This document shows positions 1 through 8,965 of a DNA stretch of 64,000 nt, in pieces. Made by a program: the position numbers and the translations under genes. How positions within the stretch are numbered: the first letter of the stretch is position 1; each line of letters begins with the position of its first letter. The stretch is from the sequence record DRR723986_1312; one strand, 5' to 3'. The notes under the pieces are model-generated. The model was not told the DNA's origin. It saw only the letters and a list, made by a program, of their open reading frames with translations, and did no database searches.

Positions 1-53
1 CCGACCAGATAAGCAAAGAATCTAAGGCAATTGGCATCATTGCGGATAATTAC
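1..53 (+). repeat. Dispersed intergenic repeat family A, copy 1 (truncated by window start)
   Basis: Aligns without gaps to 3558-3610 (43/53 identical by hand count), and more loosely to 6651-6703 and 31904-31956. Confidence 0.8.
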
Positions 54-70
54 AATCTCAGTTATCATTT

Positions 71-673
71 CTAAAAATCTAAAACAATTTGTTTCTTCAG
101 TAGCTTGAAACTCTTTCTATGCCAAATGCAGTCTCCGAACTCTTCGATACCGGATCTATGTGCTTTGGTAGGATAGCCGGCATTTCTCTCCCAAGAATAA
201 TGGGGGAACTCCTCAGCTAGTTTTTCCATGAATTTATCTCGATAAACTTTCGCAAGAATAGAAGCTGCTGCTATACTAGCAAATTTCCCGTCACCCTTGA
301 TTACACAGGTGTGAGGGATTTCCAAGGTTGATTTCCAGCGATTTCCGTCAATCAGTAAATGTTCCGGCTGTACCTTCAAACCTTGGACCGCGCGACTCAT
401 AGCCAGAAAGGAGGCATTTAATATGTTGATTTTGTCTATTTCAGCAACACTTGCTTCCGAAATCTTCCAAGCTAAAGCTTTGACTTTGATTTCTTCAATC
501 AGTTCTTCCCGCTGTCTTTTTCCGAGCTTCTTGGAATCATTTATCCATCGATTCGAATAATCGCCTGGCAAAATCACCGCCGCAGCTACGACTGGTCCAG
601 CTAAGCAACCCCGCCCAACTTCATCACAACCTGCTTCTATTCGATTAGCTTCTAAAAAGGGTTTTAGAATCAT
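71..673 (-). CDS. rnhB: Ribonuclease HII
   Basis: Motifs GCDEVGRGCLAGPVVAAAV, DSKKL, LLIDGN, KGDGKFASIAAASILAKVYRD, GYPTKAH and HRKSF. Confidence 0.97.
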   Translation of the reverse strand: MILKPFLEANRIEAGCDEVGRGCLAGPVVAAAVILPGDYSNRWINDSKKLGKRQREELIEEIKVKALAWKISEASVAEIDKINILNASFLAMSRAVQGLKVQPEHLLIDGNRWKSTLEIPHTCVIKGDGKFASIAAASILAKVYRDKFMEKLAEEFPHYSWERNAGYPTKAHRSGIEEFGDCIWHRKSFKLLKKQIVLDF

Positions 674-3320
674 GATCCTTGTCTTCTCTGATTTTGTAAT
701 ACTTGTGAATCATCTCTGCTACCAAACCCGTCCAACCTGTCTGGTGAGATGCCCCTAAACCTGCACCGCTATCTCCATGGAAATACTCATAGAAGAGTAT
801 ATAATCCTTGAAATGGGGATCTTCCTGATATTTCCTGTTGCTAGCTCCAAATACCGGTCTATTTCCATTTTCGTCTCTCATAAAGATTTTCATACAACGA
901 AGCGAAAGCTCCTTTGCTATGATGTCCATCGTCATGTATTTGCCCGAGCCAGTCGGATACTCTATGGAGAAATCCCCTCCGTAATAGAAGTCAAATTTCT
1001 TAAGAGATTCTATGAGCAGGAAGTTGATTGGAAACCAAATTGGACCTCGCCAGTTGGAATTGCCACCAAACATCACGGTGTCTGATTCTCCAGGAGTGTA
1101 TTTTACAGACAGCGTTTCACCACCTATTTTCATGCTATATGGATTCTTCTCATGGTATTTGGAAAGTGATCTTATTCCATACTCACTTAGGAATTCGTCA
1201 GAATCCAACATTTTTTGAAGAACACTTTTCATTCTATGTCCTCTCAAAAGAGAGAATAACCTTCGCTTATCGTAGCCAGGTTGAATCCAACTAGAGACCA
1301 ATGCAGCCAGTTTTGGTTTTTCCCTCAGGAAAAAATCTAAGCGTTTTTTAAATTCTGGGAGTTTTGCAAAAAGATCCTCGCGGATTGGTTCGACAGCGAA
1401 AAGCGGGATCAGGCCTACAATCGAACGAACTTTCATTTTTCGAGGCTCTTTTCCTGGAAGGTGAAAGACGTCATAGAAGAAATTGTCCTCATCATCCCAA
1501 AGAGAAATGTGCTCCTCGGAAATATTGCTCATAGCACCTGCGATATATAGGAAATGCTCCAGAAATTTGGTGGCAGTGAATTGATATACTGTGTTGAATT
1601 CACAGAGATCAAGGGAAATACGTAGCAAGTTCAATGAGAACATCGCCATCCAGGAAGTAGCATCGGCTTGTTCTAGTTTGCCATGATATTTCTGAGCATG
1701 ACTTCTATCAAATACGGAAATGTTATCAAGACCGAGGAATCCTCCTTCAAAGATGTTTTTACCGTCACTATCTTTTTGATTAACCCACCAGGTGAAGTTG
1801 AGCATCAATTTATGTAGTGCTCTTTCCAGAAACTCATGATCACCTACACCATTATTTGCTTTTTTGTCAATCTGGTAAACCCGCTGAACTGCATAGGCAT
1901 GCACGGGTGGGTTGACATCGGAGAAGTTCCACTCATAGGCTGGGATCTGCCCATTTGGATGCATGTACCACTCATTGAGTAGCAGAAGAAGCTGATCTTT
2001 CGCAAATTCCGGATCTATCCGTGCGATAGGAATACAGTGAAAGGCTAAATCCCAAGCAGCATACCAAGGGTATTCCCACTTATCAGGCATGGAGATTATA
2101 TCGTAATTCTGTAAGTGTCTCCAATTGCTATTCCTTCCTTTTTTACGAACTACAGGAGGCACATATCTACCGGGATCCCCTTCCAGCCATCGTTCTACAT
2201 CGTAGTAATAAAACTGCTTTGACCACATCATACCTGCGTAAGCCTGTCGCTGGATGTTGGTTAGATCCTCGTCAGTTACCCGCTCCTGAAGTGCTCCGTA
2301 GAATTCATCTGCTTCTTTTTTGCGCTGCTCAAGACAAGTGTCACAGATTTCCAATGGATTTTCTTCCACTTGATGCTGAAGTCTGAGTTTTACCTGTCTG
2401 CTTTCTCCTGCAGGAATGGTTATTTCATAGATAGCAGCAGCTTTTGTTCCTTTATTAGCTGGGTTTAGGTGTTTGGAATCTCCTAGAACCACATAATCGT
2501 TGATTGCATCTTTTAGGAATTTCTTCTCATTTCCGATGTCGTAGATCCGTTCTCGATTGGTCTCGTTATCACAAAATTTGAGTTCTGGATTTCCGTCAAA
2601 AGTTACAGAATAGTTTCCCGCTTTTGGGTTATACGCTTTAATCGTGTTTTCACTGGTCTTGGAAAGTTTGGGCATAAATGGCTCATGACCTGTAAACCAT
2701 GTTTTTCTGAACCAAAGAGTAGGCATCACCCAGATTTTAGCTTCCTCAGGTCCACGATTGTGAATAGTGGCCACCGCAATGATGTCTTCTACATCCTGTT
2801 TGGCATATTCGATAAAGATGTCAAAGTATTTATCTTCATCAAAAATACCTGTGTCAATAAGTTCATATTCAGGATCTAGCTTGCTTCTCTTGCTATTTTC
2901 TTCCAAAAGATGGTGATAGGGGTACTCCGACTGAGGATACTTGTAGAGCATCTTCATGTAGCTATGAGTAGGGGTGGAGTCGAGGTAATAGTAGATTTCC
3001 TTCACATCCTCACCGTGGTTGCCCTGATTGCCAGTTAGGCCAAATAAACGTTCCTTAATAAAAGGATCCTTTCCGTTCCAAAAGGCCCAGGCCAGACAAA
3101 ATTTCTGCTTGTTATCAGAGATTCCTCCAATACCCTCTTCTCCCCAACGGTATGCCTTACTTCTTGCTTCATCGTGTGTAACATTTTCCCAAGCAGACCC
3201 ATCCGGGCTATAATCTTCCCGCACAGTTCCCCATTGGCGTTCAGTGAGGTAAGGTCCCCATTTTTTCCAATGCTTGATGAAATTCCTATCTTCTTGTAAT
3301 CTTATATTTTCAGCTGACAT
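645..3320 (-). CDS. GH63/MGH1-like glucosidase ((alpha/alpha)6 barrel)
   Basis: 891 aa with WGPYLTERQWGTVREDYS, MPDKWEYPWYAAWDLAFH, FEGGFLGLDN, NSNWRGPIWFP and GLGASHQTGWTG. Its 3' end overlaps the rnhB start by 29 nt. Confidence 0.88.
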   Translation of the reverse strand: MSAENIRLQEDRNFIKHWKKWGPYLTERQWGTVREDYSPDGSAWENVTHDEARSKAYRWGEEGIGGISDNKQKFCLAWAFWNGKDPFIKERLFGLTGNQGNHGEDVKEIYYYLDSTPTHSYMKMLYKYPQSEYPYHHLLEENSKRSKLDPEYELIDTGIFDEDKYFDIFIEYAKQDVEDIIAVATIHNRGPEEAKIWVMPTLWFRKTWFTGHEPFMPKLSKTSENTIKAYNPKAGNYSVTFDGNPELKFCDNETNRERIYDIGNEKKFLKDAINDYVVLGDSKHLNPANKGTKAAAIYEITIPAGESRQVKLRLQHQVEENPLEICDTCLEQRKKEADEFYGALQERVTDEDLTNIQRQAYAGMMWSKQFYYYDVERWLEGDPGRYVPPVVRKKGRNSNWRHLQNYDIISMPDKWEYPWYAAWDLAFHCIPIARIDPEFAKDQLLLLLNEWYMHPNGQIPAYEWNFSDVNPPVHAYAVQRVYQIDKKANNGVGDHEFLERALHKLMLNFTWWVNQKDSDGKNIFEGGFLGLDNISVFDRSHAQKYHGKLEQADATSWMAMFSLNLLRISLDLCEFNTVYQFTATKFLEHFLYIAGAMSNISEEHISLWDDEDNFFYDVFHLPGKEPRKMKVRSIVGLIPLFAVEPIREDLFAKLPEFKKRLDFFLREKPKLAALVSSWIQPGYDKRRLFSLLRGHRMKSVLQKMLDSDEFLSEYGIRSLSKYHEKNPYSMKIGGETLSVKYTPGESDTVMFGGNSNWRGPIWFPINFLLIESLKKFDFYYGGDFSIEYPTGSGKYMTMDIIAKELSLRCMKIFMRDENGNRPVFGASNRKYQEDPHFKDYILFYEYFHGDSGAGLGASHQTGWTGLVAEMIHKYYKIREDKDHDSKTLFRS

Positions 3321-3534
3321 GTAATTCTATCTAAGGGGCAATCTTCGAAATTATCAAATTCTATTAATTATAGCTTGATAAACCGAGATCCGTTAATGAA
3401 TAGCCCTGTTATTTTTTCGAATTTTTAATTAAACACCTTTTTCCTTCAAATGTTGAATATTCTTTTTATGATTTCCGCTTTTGTGCCAGTATGGAGGCAA
3501 AAGCAAAAAAGGATAGGTTAAACTTATGAATTGA

Positions 3535-3610
3535 AGGCTGCTTCGGTCTTCGGTATTCCGACCAGATAAGCAACGAGTCTAAGGTGACTCCCATCGTTTC
3601 GGATAATCAC
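3535..3610 (+). repeat. Dispersed intergenic repeat family A, copy 2
   Basis: AGGCTGCTTCGGTCTTCGGT...CCGACCAGATAAGCAA...CGGATAAT, shared with the other three copies. Confidence 0.8.
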
Positions 3611-3720
3611 ATTCTATTTAATGAGAAAATTCAAGTTAGAGATATGATTTTTTGGATGGTCTACTGTGGGATTATTTTGGTAAAGCTGTCATTCACAGAA
3701 ATTAACTTTAAATATTTTAC

Positions 3721-3767
3721 TCTACACTTGTAGATGTAAATTATGTGTTCTACATTTGTAGATGTAA
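3721..3767 (+). promoter_or_regulatory. Tandem BlaI/MecI/CopY-type operators (TACAnnTGTA) overlapping a Bacteroidota -7 promoter element
   Basis: TCTACACTTGTAGA (3721-3734) and TCTACATTTGTAGA (3749-3762) are palindromes 28 bp apart, just upstream of the blaI-like gene. TACATTTG (3751-3758) matches TAnnTTTG. Confidence 0.85.
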
Positions 3768-3782
3768 TTTAATCCAAAGGTA

Positions 3783-4151
3783 ATGAAACTATCCCGAGCT
3801 GAAGAAGAACTGATGAACCATTTGTGGAAGCTAAAGCGGGCTTTTATGAAGGATTTATTGGAAGCATACGATGAGCCAAAACCAGCAACGACAACCATTT
3901 CTACGCTATTGAAACGGATGCAGGAAAAGGAATTTGTGGGTTATGAAGCTTCTGGGAAGCTTCGTGAATACTATCCGTTGGTCTCAAAGGAAAATTACTT
4001 TTCCAAGCATCTGAAGGGTTTGATCAAAAACTTTTTCAATGATTCACCTGCACAGTTTGCGTCTTTTTTCACAAAGAAGACAGAGCTCTCCGAAGAGGAG
4101 TTATTAGGGCTTAAGCGTATTATCGAAGACCAGCTAAATCAGAAGAAATGA
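3783..4151 (+). CDS. BlaI/MecI/CopY family transcriptional repressor
   Basis: 122 aa with MKLSRAEEELMNHLW and TTISTLLKRMQEKEFV...YYPLVSKENY. ATGA overlap with the downstream M56 gene. Confidence 0.93.
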   Translation: MKLSRAEEELMNHLWKLKRAFMKDLLEAYDEPKPATTTISTLLKRMQEKEFVGYEASGKLREYYPLVSKENYFSKHLKGLIKNFFNDSPAQFASFFTKKTELSEEELLGLKRIIEDQLNQKK

Positions 4152-6538
4152 TCATTTACTTACTCAAATCCATAGCCTGCTTGCTGCTGTTACTCCTAGT
4201 TCACAGAGTGCTTTTGCAGCGAGAAGTTTTACATAGATTCAACCGATTCTTTCTGCTGTTTTCTGTTGTTGCGTCCTTTCTGATTCCACTTTACACGATT
4301 GAAGTTCCAGCAGAAATAGTCGCCGCTCCAGTCGAAGTGATTGATGAGCCAGTTTACTTTGAAGCGGCAAGTCAGGATTTCAATCAGGAGCAGGTATTCA
4401 CTGCAGTTCCGGAATCTCAATTTAATTGGGAATACCTTCTATTTGGACTTTACGGCCTGATTTCCCTTGTGTTTTTGTATCGATTTGGGCGCAACATCAA
4501 GGTTCTGGTTAATAAGATTCAGCGGAATATTAAGATCAATTACCGAGGTCAAACTCTCGTTTTGCTCAAAGAGGATTCTTTACCTTTTTCATTTTTGAAA
4601 TACATTTTTGTGGCAGAGTCTGATCTGGAAAACGGGAAATTCACCGATGCTATTTTTGCACATGAGTGCACACATATAGAAGAGAAGCACAGCTGGGATA
4701 ACCTTTTTATTGAGGCATTACTTGTGCCGCTTTGGTTTCATCCGGGATTACATTGGGCGAAAGCAAGTATCAAGCTCAATCATGAATTTATAGCTGACGA
4801 AATAGCGTTACGTAGCACTCCAATAGAGAAGTACGAAAGTCAACTCCTAGCTATGATGCTTTCTGAGCAGAAATACGGCTTGGCCAGCAGTTTGAATTTT
4901 TCATTAACCAAAAAACGATTTGAAATGATGAAGAGAAAATCAAAGAGTTCTAGTACCTGGATCAAGGTTTTTGCACTGGTACCTGTTTTGGGAGCGTTAG
5001 TTTACTTTTTTAGCGAGAGAGTCGCTGCAAAGCAGGATCTTGAAAACCCTGAAAGTGAAGTGTATGTAAACACTGCAAATACTGCCTATAACGAAGTGAT
5101 AGATTTTACTTTTGAGCTAAAAGCCAACGGAGATATATTTTCAGATGATATTTTATATAACCTGGAATCGGCCCAGGCCTTAATTCGAGCGAAAAAAGCT
5201 GTGAAGCAGGATTTGAAAATCAATCTGGTCATCACTCCAGATGTTTCGATGGGAATATTGAGTGATTTCCAGGCAATCTTGAGAGATGTAGATGTTCGTA
5301 GAATTTATTATATATCTAATAATCAAGATGGAGATGATACTTCAAACGGAAAGTTTGGAAAATCCGATAGTGATCGAATTCAAGGTGCAGCACAAGTGAA
5401 TGGAAGCATAGTTGCTCAGTCCGATGAAAAAGATAAGTATTACAAGAATGCTTCATTTTTTGTGGAGAATGAAGCTGGAGATTTAATAGCCAAATCTTAT
5501 GATGAGCTATCTGAATTTGAAAAAATACATTTGTTGCCTCCTACAAAAGCACCTGCCAAAAAACAACAAAGCAGTAGTGAATTTGAAGCTTGGAAAAATC
5601 CGAAAGATTTTGCGCTATGGCTGGATGGGAAGGTTATTTCAAATTCTCAACTAGAGAATATGAGTATTTCAGATGTCGTTTTTTTCTTTAACAGTTTTGT
5701 CCATCTAAATGCCCGTTCTGAGCGTTTCCCACAGGAACATCAGGTTCATATGTATAGTGAGGAAGCTTATGAAAATGCTTTTGGAGCAAAATCCGGAAAA
5801 GGAAATCCGCTGGATAAGGATGATAAATTTTACATTTATCCAAAAGACAAAAGAATAAACTTTGGCAAGCCTTGGGTAAAAAAAGAAAAGGATCCTGTGG
5901 CAGATAAGAAAGAAGAAACTGCAGACAAATGGCCTCCAGCAGTAAAAGCAGCTCAGATAAAGAATGATCTTGAATCATACATAGATGCCTATGCAGCCTA
6001 CGAAAAGCTTCGAAAGCAAGCTCCGCACTTTGTAAACAGAAGCAAAGCTGAGCAAGAGAAGTTAACCGAAATGTATACTGAACTCAGAAGTATGTACTTC
6101 CAGGTTGCATTCCATGACAAGCCAAAGGTCAGGCGCGCAGTGTTACCTTATGTTCCTTACTATAAATTGACATCCAAAGGCGAAGTTTATTACAAAAAGG
6201 CAATTGATTTCACTGCTGAAGAGCGTAGTATAGTGGGGCCACCACCTCCTCCACCTACTCCTGCAGAACTCTTAGAGTCTTACAAAAAGGTCTCTTACCA
6301 ATATGAATTGATGCGTAATAAAGGTAGAAACGATGCTTCCTTATCCATGGAGGAGCGAAATAATTTGTTTCTTATGTACAATGAGCTCCAAGTTATATTC
6401 CTGAATATGGGTGCTCCTGAGCGTAGACAAGTCAAAATGGTCAATTTCCCATACTACCGCGTAGAGGAAAATGGAAAGAATGTATTCAAAGCAGTATCTG
6501 AGCTCACCCCAGAGCAAAGAGCTTTGAACAATTGCTAG
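4148..6538 (+). CDS. BlaR1-like M56 family metallopeptidase/sensor with a long extracytoplasmic C-terminus
   Basis: N-terminal TM helices with HRFNRFFLL, PFSFLKYI, zinc motif HECTH, WFHP, LNHEFIAD and KKRFEMM. Coupled to blaI. Confidence 0.9.
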   Translation: MIIYLLKSIACLLLLLLVHRVLLQREVLHRFNRFFLLFSVVASFLIPLYTIEVPAEIVAAPVEVIDEPVYFEAASQDFNQEQVFTAVPESQFNWEYLLFGLYGLISLVFLYRFGRNIKVLVNKIQRNIKINYRGQTLVLLKEDSLPFSFLKYIFVAESDLENGKFTDAIFAHECTHIEEKHSWDNLFIEALLVPLWFHPGLHWAKASIKLNHEFIADEIALRSTPIEKYESQLLAMMLSEQKYGLASSLNFSLTKKRFEMMKRKSKSSSTWIKVFALVPVLGALVYFFSERVAAKQDLENPESEVYVNTANTAYNEVIDFTFELKANGDIFSDDILYNLESAQALIRAKKAVKQDLKINLVITPDVSMGILSDFQAILRDVDVRRIYYISNNQDGDDTSNGKFGKSDSDRIQGAAQVNGSIVAQSDEKDKYYKNASFFVENEAGDLIAKSYDELSEFEKIHLLPPTKAPAKKQQSSSEFEAWKNPKDFALWLDGKVISNSQLENMSISDVVFFFNSFVHLNARSERFPQEHQVHMYSEEAYENAFGAKSGKGNPLDKDDKFYIYPKDKRINFGKPWVKKEKDPVADKKEETADKWPPAVKAAQIKNDLESYIDAYAAYEKLRKQAPHFVNRSKAEQEKLTEMYTELRSMYFQVAFHDKPKVRRAVLPYVPYYKLTSKGEVYYKKAIDFTAEERSIVGPPPPPPTPAELLESYKKVSYQYELMRNKGRNDASLSMEERNNLFLMYNELQVIFLNMGAPERRQVKMVNFPYYRVEENGKNVFKAVSELTPEQRALNNC

Positions 6539-6620
6539 TTTGAAACAACAACTATGTATATCCGCTTTTTTACCAGTAACGAAGCAAAAGCATTACAAGC
6601 TTTGACTAACACTAAAATTT

Positions 6621-6703
6621 AGGCTGCTTCGGTCATCGGTCATCGGTCTTCTGGCCCGGTGAGCAAAGAAGTATCGGTTATTGGCATCATTCCCTATAAC
6701 CAT
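6621..6703 (+). repeat. Dispersed intergenic repeat family A, copy 3
   Basis: AGGCTGCTTCGGTCATCGGTCATCGGTCTT (heptamer expansion), then AGCAAAGAA...TTGGCATCATT as in copy 1. Confidence 0.75.
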
Positions 6704-6712
6704 GTTAATAAA

Positions 6713-7828
6713 TTATGAAAATGACTGAGTCAGGATAAGATCTGGCTCAGTTATTTTTGTTTCTGGGAGAATTTTTCGGAAGGTATTTGGCCAGGTGCTT
6801 TCCCAAGTTTGGAAAGAATTCATTGACTTTGATCCTGTTTGAAGGGACTGCTCTAATTTAGAAAAGTCAAAGTTGTCGGAGGCTATTCCAGCACCTGACT
6901 TTAGTGTGTCTAGGGCATTGCAAGCCTGCTCGTATTGACCTTTCACTGGAATCACCATCACTGGCTTTCCAAGATACATGGCTTCGCAAATCGATTCGAA
7001 TCCAGCGGTGCTAACTAGTCCTTTGCAGGCGGCCATATCCCGAAGGAAGTTTTTGTCATGGACTCTATGAAAACTCAGGTTTGGTAAAGGGTGCTCAGTT
7101 TCAGCTGCCTCTTTCTTATCCCAATAGGCGCGGATAGTTAGGTGTGGATTGGCTTTCGCGAAAGCAATAACTTCCGCTCCATAGCCAGAATTGACCATGT
7201 AGGTCAGGAAAAAGTGACCTGAAGTTGGAGTCAGTTTTTTCACTTCTTCCCTGAGCAGTGGCGGAACTACAGTAATTTCATTTGTAGATTCCAACTCGTA
7301 GAAGGAAAGCGCTAATTTCTCGGAAGCTCCTAAAGCTGTCAGGCGAGTATTGAACTTGAAAAGGAATTTGTTCAAACCAGCAGCCGGTGCAAATTGGAAT
7401 TCTGGGTGGTAAATCAAATACTGGTGCCCAATTACCCAATATTGTGCTTCCGGTCTAAAAAAACCATTATAAAGACCTCCCAGTAAATCATAAAAATTCA
7501 GGATGATATCAGGTTGATCGGTTTGAATTACCTTATGAATTTCCTTTAGGCTTCGCCAAAAAGTAGAAGCTTTAGCAAGATTTTGACGAATTGTCTTCCC
7601 AATCAAAATCTTCTTTTCAGCTTTGTCGCAAGCGAAATTCGGACTTTCTACCAAATGAATCGGAGCAGAAATTTCTCTTAGGAAAAACTCTGGAATAGCT
7701 CTGCGCTTGCTTTTTCCTACAATCACTCCTGTTAATTCATGCCCTTGTTTTTTGAGCATTTTGGAAAAAGCAATGGCCTGAGTCATATGGCCTCTGCCTT
7801 CACCTTGGACTATAAAGACAAACTTCAT
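6713..7828 (-). CDS. GT-B glycosyltransferase (MJ1255/VC2487-like, GT28-related)
   Basis: N-terminal VQGEGRGHMTQ and C-terminal STAGFESICEAMYLGKPVMVIPVKGQYEQACNA. Confidence 0.85.
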   Translation of the reverse strand: MKFVFIVQGEGRGHMTQAIAFSKMLKKQGHELTGVIVGKSKRRAIPEFFLREISAPIHLVESPNFACDKAEKKILIGKTIRQNLAKASTFWRSLKEIHKVIQTDQPDIILNFYDLLGGLYNGFFRPEAQYWVIGHQYLIYHPEFQFAPAAGLNKFLFKFNTRLTALGASEKLALSFYELESTNEITVVPPLLREEVKKLTPTSGHFFLTYMVNSGYGAEVIAFAKANPHLTIRAYWDKKEAAETEHPLPNLSFHRVHDKNFLRDMAACKGLVSTAGFESICEAMYLGKPVMVIPVKGQYEQACNALDTLKSGAGIASDNFDFSKLEQSLQTGSKSMNSFQTWESTWPNTFRKILPETKITEPDLILTQSFS

Positions 7829-8700
7829 TGAATAGATGAATATGCTGGAGGGTCTAGGTCATCTTTTGGCGCTTCGAATGAAACTTCCCGGAGAGGCATT
7901 ATTGAAGGCTCAGGTCTACCAATGAAGAATTGATTTAGGCTGTCATCTGTGGCTTCTTTGAAGTTGATTTCATTGTAGTAGATCAACTGCCAGTTTCCCT
8001 CATGATCCTCTGCCAATGCACTCATCGTCTCCACCCAATCGCCTGAATTCATGTATTCTATCCCGTCGATTATTCGATTTTCTGCTTTGTGGATATGCCC
8101 GCAGATGATTCCGTCACATCCTTTTGCTTTGGCCATTTTGGAAAGCTCCTCTTCGTACTGATCGATATAAGAAACGGCTGATTTTACTTTTCCTTTCACA
8201 TATTGGGATAGAGAAAAATAGGGGAGTCCACGCTTGATTCGGTAGTGATTGACCACGCTATTTAGCCAAAGCAGGAACGTATATCCTATATCTCCCAGAT
8301 AGGCGATCCATCGAAGATTGGTTGTGATGCTGTCAAATACATCTCCATGAGTGATGAAGTACTTTTTGCCCTGACTTTCGTAGATCATGTCTTTCTGGAT
8401 GGATAGATTTCCCATTTGAAAAGGAAGAATTTGATCCAAGAAATCATCGTGATTTCCACGTAAATAATAGACCTTGGTATTATGGTTCTCGATCATTTTC
8501 AGAATCCGGTTAAAAAAGCGGGTATGCTTTCTCTTCCAGGAACCTGACTTTTTGAGTTGCCAGCCGTCGATAATGTCCCCATTGAGAATGAGGTTTTCGC
8601 AGTTATACTGCTTTAGGAATCGGGCGATTTCCTTGGCTTTCGAACCTTTAGTGCCCAGATGTACGTCAGAGACGACGATTGTTTTGAATTGGGTTTTCAC
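7825..8700 (-). CDS. Calcineurin-like metallophosphoesterase, LpxH-like/PlcP-type phospholipase C (GTG start)
   Basis: SDVHLG, GDIIDGW, GNHDD, HGDVFD, CGHIH and NSGDWVE. Overlaps the glycosyltransferase gene by 4 nt. Confidence 0.85.
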   Translation of the reverse strand: MKTQFKTIVVSDVHLGTKGSKAKEIARFLKQYNCENLILNGDIIDGWQLKKSGSWKRKHTRFFNRILKMIENHNTKVYYLRGNHDDFLDQILPFQMGNLSIQKDMIYESQGKKYFITHGDVFDSITTNLRWIAYLGDIGYTFLLWLNSVVNHYRIKRGLPYFSLSQYVKGKVKSAVSYIDQYEEELSKMAKAKGCDGIICGHIHKAENRIIDGIEYMNSGDWVETMSALAEDHEGNWQLIYYNEINFKEATDDSLNQFFIGRPEPSIMPLREVSFEAPKDDLDPPAYSSIQ

Positions 8701-8965
8701 TCTATTGGTTTTGGTTGAAAGGTATAACCTCCAATTGAACTCAGCGTCAGTGGATTATTAAAAAAATAGTAAGATTACTTAGGTTTTTCGCTCTAATGTA
8801 ATCCCAGTGTTAAAAACATATGAAAAAGCCTGTTCTGACAGTGATAATTTGGGATGAAGGGTCAAATAATCAAGAAGTTGATTGAAAGTGCCAATGAATT
8901 TTATATTAATGGTTCTAGTACTCGGGAAACTTTGATTTAGATTCGTTTTCCCAAATAGAACAACT

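Noticed and set aside
645-673. 29-nt overlap of the GH63 gene and rnhB as a functional link
   Set aside because: Short overlaps are common and nothing else supports a shared pathway.
3535-3610. Family A repeat read as a conserved minus-strand peptide (VIIRND...AYLVG in copies 1 and 2)
   Set aside because: Copy 4 has in-frame TAG codons and the heptamer number varies, shifting the frame. Non-coding is more likely.
3783-6538. blaI/blaR1 pair as a beta-lactam resistance locus
   Set aside because: No beta-lactamase is nearby and no penicillin-binding sensor domain is recognisable.
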